Source of the DNA: Octopus vulgaris
Lineage: Eukaryota
Direction: 5' to 3'
Length of the DNA stretch: 64,000 bases
NCBI GenBank assembly: GCA_951406725.2
Contig: OX597820.1
Span: 32,550,001 to 32,614,000, forward strand
Shown here: positions 58,301 to 64,000 of the stretch, one piece after another
Position numbering within the stretch: the first letter of the stretch is position 1
Layout: every line of letters begins with the position of its first letter
Made by a program: the position numbers and the translations under genes
Notes under the pieces: model-generated
The model's database searches: none
What the model saw: the letters and a program-made list of their open reading frames with translations, nothing else
Told to the model about the DNA's origin: nothing

Positions 58301-59054
58301 TGTCTTTCTCGATCACTATAAACAAATCAGAACCGTCTTTGCAGAACCGTCTTTCCCGGACTACGAGAGACTACCATCATTTAAAAAAATTTGATGAAGA
58401 TACTTAACGAAATTGATAAATAACAATAACACTCAAAATCGTTTCAGACCACACCACTAAATCAGGAAATCAATCTTAATTTCTTTGCTAACCCTAATTT
58501 ACGGTTTATTCTGCTAGTCTTTAGTACTTCCGAGATTATACTTAAGATACAAGGCCTATTTAATATTTAGGATAGGGGACTTAGGCAAGCTCAGGTGACA
58601 TGATGTCCATATACTGTTGGGCCTGTATAACACACATCTAGGGAACCAACCCTCCTCCGAATCTTGTGTGCCTTAGTTGCAAGACCATCTTTTGGTAATT
58701 GAGCCCATAATAGGTGTCCTGACAGATACTGCCGCCCTGGTCAGAATGGACCTGGGAGTAGTTTCGAAGGGGTAACTCTTCCAAATTTTCTTGAAATCGC
58801 AGTCTAGGTGCAGTTCACTGTCTTAGCCCCAGCACTCTATTAATACATTATTTTATCGCCTCTATTCCACGGCAGATACTTTACTATATCGACCCAAGAA
58901 GGAAAGCAAAATCTATCATTGTAGGATTTGAACTGAGAACGCAAAACGATGAAATTATATATTGTAAGATATTTTTCCAATGCTCTCCATTATCTTTTTC
59001 GTTTTGCCAAACATACAGAGGGGACATTTGTAAAATACCATTTGTTCTCAAAAC

Positions 59055-59385
59055 GTTTTTATCAATCCCCAGTACTTCACTGGTACTATATTTTATTAAC
59101 TGCTCTCCTTGATTAGTACGTTCGTTCAACGATCAATGTACTTGAACAGTACTTTATTTTTTCAATCGCAGTACTTCAGTGGCGTTTTATTTTATAGAAA
59201 ACTTATGAATTGGTACATCACTTTATCGATCTCGGTACTTGAATGGAACATTGTTTCATCGACCACAATACTACAAAGGTACATTATTTTATAGATACCA
59301 ATTCTTGACTGATACTTGACTAGTACTTGATTTTATCGGTCATAGTACTTGACTAGTACTTCTTTTATCGACCCCATCACGCGAT
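59055..59385. repeat. Degenerate ~30-bp tandem repeats derived from the SINE B core
   Basis: Recurring tttatcga..cagtactt(g/c)a.tggtac. Confidence 0.7.
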
Positions 59386-59552
59386 ATCTACTTTAAATTA
59401 TTAACTCAAGTAAGATTGAAGCGAAGTCCTTCATGAACTAGGAACTTAAAAAGGCGAAACTAAACACCACATGACATTTTTCTATGCCCTTCTATTAAAG
59501 AACCACTAATATAGAGCATAATACATAAAATGACGAGTAGGGTAGTCTCTAG

Positions 59553-59595
59553 GCTTCACTGAAGAGGCATAATAAGACTAAAACATGTCTGAAGC
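59553..59595 (+). ncRNA. Degenerate type I hammerhead (G12 lost)
   Basis: gcttca-CTGAAGA-ggc(ataataa)gact-AAAA-catg-TC-tgaagc. Confidence 0.6.
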
Positions 59596-59624
59596 TGTCT
59601 TCCCTAATTGTTAAAAAAAGACTG

Positions 59625-60135
59625 ACATTTTTTGGGGGAAGGGGCCAGTCGATTAGAACTCAGAACGAAAAGACAGACGAAATACCGCCAAGCATTTCGG
59701 TCGGCGTGTTAACGTTTCTTATTTCTTTACTGCTCACAAGGGGCTACACACAGAGGAGGCAAACAAGGACAGACAAACGAATTAAGACGATTATATCGAC
59801 CCCAGTGCGTAACTGGTACTTAATTTATCGACCCCGAAAGGATGAAAGGCAAAGTCGATCTCGGCGGAATTTGAAATCAGAACGTAGCGGCACACAAAAT
59901 ACTTATTTCTTTAGTACCCATAAGGGGCTAAACACAGAGAGGACAAACAAGGACAGACAAACGGATTACATCGATTACATCAACCCCAGTGCGTAACTGG
60001 TACTTAATTTATCGACCTCGAAAGGATGAAAGGCAAAGTCGACCTCGGCGGAATTTGAACTCAGAACGTAACGGCAGACGAAATACCGCTAAGCATTTCG
60101 CCCGGCGTGCTAACGTTTCTGCCAGCTCGCTGCCT
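59625..60135 (-). mobile_element. SINE family B multimer
   Basis: Two complete cores plus a partial unit. Confidence 0.88.
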
Positions 60136-60505
60136 TCAAAATGTTGTTTTCAACTCTCGGCACAAGGCCCGATTAAAATAATATCAGTCATGAAGTTACT
60201 GTTTTTTTTCTTCGGTCGTCTCAGTAGTATTTCTAATTAGATTTTTGTTGTTCATTGCATTAATTAGATAAATACTTTAGCCACGGAAACAAAGCTGACA
60301 TTTACAGAGACGGGGTGCCATGCAGTCTGTTTGTATTTGCCCCGGCATCCCTCTCTACCGCCCCTCTTTCTCTTGTTATACAGGCACAAACAACGCACCG
60401 ATACACACACATGCACACACACATACACATACATATGTGTATGTGTGTGTATATATGTAAATATATACACATATATATGTGTGTTTATATATACATGTAT
60501 ATGTT

Positions 60506-60542
<37 letters not shown>

Positions 60543-60591
60543 TATATATATCTATGTATATATATATATATATATACGTAAATATATATTA

Positions 60592-60627
<36 letters not shown>

Positions 60628-61237
60628 CATATGTGTGGGGGGAGGGGGAATCTAGACCTAACTTATTTTCTCTCCTACATTTCTTTCTCTCCTTTTCTGT
60701 CTTTACCTATCAATTTCCCGCTCTCTACTCCCCCTCACTCTTCCACTTCCTTTCTCTCTTCCTCTCTCCCTCTCTGTCTCTACCTCTCTTTCCTTCTCTT
60801 TCTCCTCCATATTTACTCCAACGTTGATCTCATGCTTCAGCTGAAACTTGCTCATCAAATTAGTTTCGCTAAATTAGTTATTTTATTCTTATGGGTTTGT
60901 TTTTCTTTTTTTTTTTGTATTTTTTCCTTATTTCTTCTTTTTGTGCCGTTAAACTGCGCGACGGTTGAAGCCCACCACTTCAAAATAGATACTAACTATT
61001 AGAAATGCTTCTGTCCAATTTACCTCTAGTTACGTTCACACACAATACGCAGAACGAGGTAGGCGTCTATCTAGGCTCAAGGTGTTGAGAAGAAGGGACT
61101 AACTTGGACTAACAGATTTGAAGAAATGTTTTGCAGGATAGGGAATAGTGGGTGGGGAGATCATCTACCAGATTCCAACGCTACTGTCTTAGGTAAGGTG
61201 TGTGTGTGTGCATTCGTGCGTCTCTGTGTGTGTGTGT

Positions 61238-61285
<48 letters not shown>

Positions 61286-61789
61286 AACACATTAGGTATT
61301 GTAGCCCTGGATGCGCGATGCTCCTGAAAAAAGGTTGGATGTTCATGAATGGGACCCATGTTGATCAGGGTTTGACATGATACTAAAATTACAAGAGCAT
61401 AAACAATGAAGAGAATGAAGTGGGAATAAAACAGCATTTTCCCGGGGGGTGGGGTTTACATGATACTAAGATTACAACATCGAAAACAACGAAGGAAATG
61501 AGGTGGGAAATAAGGGCCGTCTTAACAGCATTTGCACCAGAGGTTGACATAGGAGTAAAGCAACTACGACAAAACGAAAACCATGAAGTACGAGTCAGGT
61601 TGCCCTAACAACGCGCTCCAGGGTTGACATGAGACCTAAACACCACCACCAAAAATAACAACGATAATGACAACTGCAACAAACAACCCCAAAAATAATG
61701 CGGGAAGACATAACAGTATTAGTGGTTCCAGGAATTGATATGAAATTATCAGGAAAAAGGCACCAGGCAAACCAAAAAGATCAGAGATC

Positions 61790-62017
61790 CTTCTCGAGCC
61801 CATAGGCTTATGATGCCGATTTCTCGGATTCTGTGGCGAATATATTTCCCATGCCACTGGACGGGACGCCAGTCCATCGCAGGATTACTCATTTCTGGTA
61901 GCTAAGTAGAAAGGAGCAACGTGAAATGTAGTGTTTTGCTCAAGAGCGCAGCGGATTGCTCGGTCCAGGAATTGAAACCAAGACCTTACAGTCATGAGTG
62001 CAACACCCTAACCACTG
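61790..62017 (-). mobile_element. tRNA-derived SINE with V-domain-like segment
   Basis: Reverse complement has a tRNA-like head followed by cctgcgatggactggcgtcccgtccag. Confidence 0.7.
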
Positions 62018-62507
62018 AAGCAAAGCTGTCTTAAAAACGTTAGTGGCCTTAGCAAACCAACGCCAAAGCACTAAGTCCTATACAATCGGTTTCGAATTTC
62101 GTGACAAGGCCAATAATCTCAGGGGAGGAGTGAGTCAATTACATCGACCCCAGTGTTCAACTGGTATTTATTTTATCGATCTCTAAAGATGAAGGCAAGG
62201 TCGACCTCAGCGGAATTTGAACTCAGAATGTGAACAGAGACAAAATGCTGTCCAGCGTGCTGTCGATTCTGCTAATTTGCTACTTTATTGAGTCCTATAT
62301 TATAATTTGCCGACAGAAAGCCACAACATGCATCGATTAGTGCAGGACCCCCAGAGCTACGCTGGGTCTCACGGGTAACCCGGACCCATTTGACACCAAC
62401 GTGACCGTGCCTTAAAATGACACTAGTGATTGGGACACTAACGGCCATTCTGGCTATATTTTTTGTGTTGCTTTATTGTTAGCTTTCTTCTTTACTCTCT
62501 GTATAAT

Positions 62508-62748
62508 AAACAACTGCAGCGTGGAAGGTGTTTATAAGCCATTCTGTGCTGCACAGAATTTTGTCAGTGAACAGGTCGCGGTCTCAAAGCGCGAAAATAT
62601 TTTGACAAATTAAATTTAAATGTTGAAGTGAATCTAACGGATTTTGTGCTTCTTAAATGGCTTATAAACACCTTCCACGCTGCAATTGTTTTCGTTCCAG
62701 CACACGATCTCAGATAAGATTACTTGCTATGCAAGTACATCTCCGTAA
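62508..62748 (+). mobile_element. ~240-bp element with 36-bp inverted repeats enclosing a variant hammerhead, with a 12-bp TSD-like repeat
   Basis: 62508-62543 pairs with 62656-62691 (1 mismatch); tgtataataaac at 62500-62511 and 62749-62760. Confidence 0.8.
62560..62609 (+). ncRNA. Type I hammerhead candidate with G3-C8 core swap
   Basis: tttgtca-GTGAACA-ggtcgc..gcgc-GAAA-atat-T-T-tgacaaa. Confidence 0.62.
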
Positions 62749-62933
62749 TGTATAATAAACGTTTTTACTACAGGGACAAGGGCTGAAACTTTGTGAAAAG
62801 AAGAAGTCGATTGCATTGACTCTAGTGCTCAAATGGTACTCGTTTCATCGACCCTGAAACGATGAAAGTTAAAGCCATGAAGAATTTCCTTGGTCGAATA
62901 AAATAACTCCCGTACTTAATATTATCATTATTA

Positions 62934-63955
62934 AATGCATATATCGCCTTCGTAGTGTACTACTGCCTAGCCCTCGTACCTTGTCCGAAGAAAACTCTGA
63001 CCAAATTGGAGCGTTTGCTTTTCTGATTCTTATGGAAGAATTACGTTCCGCTGGTCAGAGATTCCATCTGCTGACAACACCCACACCGTGGTGGTCTAGG
63101 AATGCGATCCTTAATGATGCAGCGCCACGCTTTGAGGCTGTCGCACCTACAGAAATGTCTAAATCATTGCGATTATGTGGACGACGACGCTAACAACGAT
63201 GAAAATTAGGGTGAACTGGTGTGAGCATCTTTTGTACGACACGTCTTTCCGCAGCTCATCTCATTGACAGAGCTGCAGTCATGGGTCAAACGTAGAGCAA
63301 GGTTGGGCGTTTGGCATCTAGAATGTTGTCAGGCGCTCACTGCATTGTACTAGCTGCCCAAAACCGTTAGTGGCCAAACGATTCAAGATTTCTGTAGATT
63401 TCCGTTTAGTGGCTGTGGCAAAAGAGCCTGTGTGTTCGACCCGTCTGAAAGGTTTGAAGACAGGCACATTCCTATCTGGCCAAGTCCCCACAATTTCTTC
63501 AAATATCATTTAAAGAGGAAGGTGAAGGTAGAGAGGGAGGTGCTACCTTCTAGTGAGTTTATCAAAAGATGGTCTACAGTGGCAAGACTGGTGAGACTGA
63601 ATGGATCTACTCTGAATATGCTTTTCTAAACAGGAGGAGAGAAACTGGAAGAGGGCACTTTCCCATCTCTTGGGGATGACAGAATAATCCGGGATTTTTG
63701 TGTGGAGTTTATTCCGGATTACCCTCAGTGGACTGCCCCGTTGTTGGGAATTCTATCTATTTAAAAAAAAATTTTATTATATTCTATACTTTCCATTATA
63801 TATCCTCTGATATATCCTTTTGTTAGTAGCATCTCCCTTCGATTGATGATAACTCAATATGTTTTTGTTTTTGTAATTTTGTTTTGCGCTGTGACTCGTC
63901 CTTCGACGTTGTCCTCCATGTCTTGGGCCCCTGTGACCAATAAAATAAATTACCA
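62934..63955 (+). mobile_element. 3' part of a Tx1/L1-clade retrotransposon
   Basis: Manual translation YYCLALVPCP..LERLLF*FLWK..HPHRGGLGM..HALRL; C-terminus FKYHLKRKVKVER..FIKRW, stop at 63629, AATAAA near 63939, followed by (TAC)n. Confidence 0.8.
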
Positions 63956-63956
63956 T

Positions 63957-64000
<44 letters not shown>

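Overview
Non-coding, repeat-saturated animal DNA. The microsatellite density and tRNA-derived SINE families are most consistent with a coleoid cephalopod such as Octopus (inference). No intact host CDS was identified; nearly all ORF-track entries are translated microsatellites. The window holds remnants of Tc1, mariner, DD37D/maT-like, Tigger/pogo, hAT-MITE, Helitron, CR1-like, Tx1/L1-like, R4/Dong-like and Penelope-like (PLE) elements, plus at least four SINE families. The main unannotated signal is six loci with type I hammerhead-ribozyme (HHR) motifs (19.6, 24.6, 34.9-35.1 as a tandem pair, 44.9, 59.6 and 62.6 kb). Three of them sit inside small unrelated elements bounded by 36-57 bp inverted repeats. 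One has a compensatory G3-C8 core swap and one has a large branched helix II. A decayed Penelope RT gene that the ORF track misses (16.4-18.3 kb) and a 94-bp perfect foldback (43.3 kb) fit the same picture of a diverse PLE/retrozyme-like family. All folding and family assignments were made by eye and need computational or experimental confirmation.
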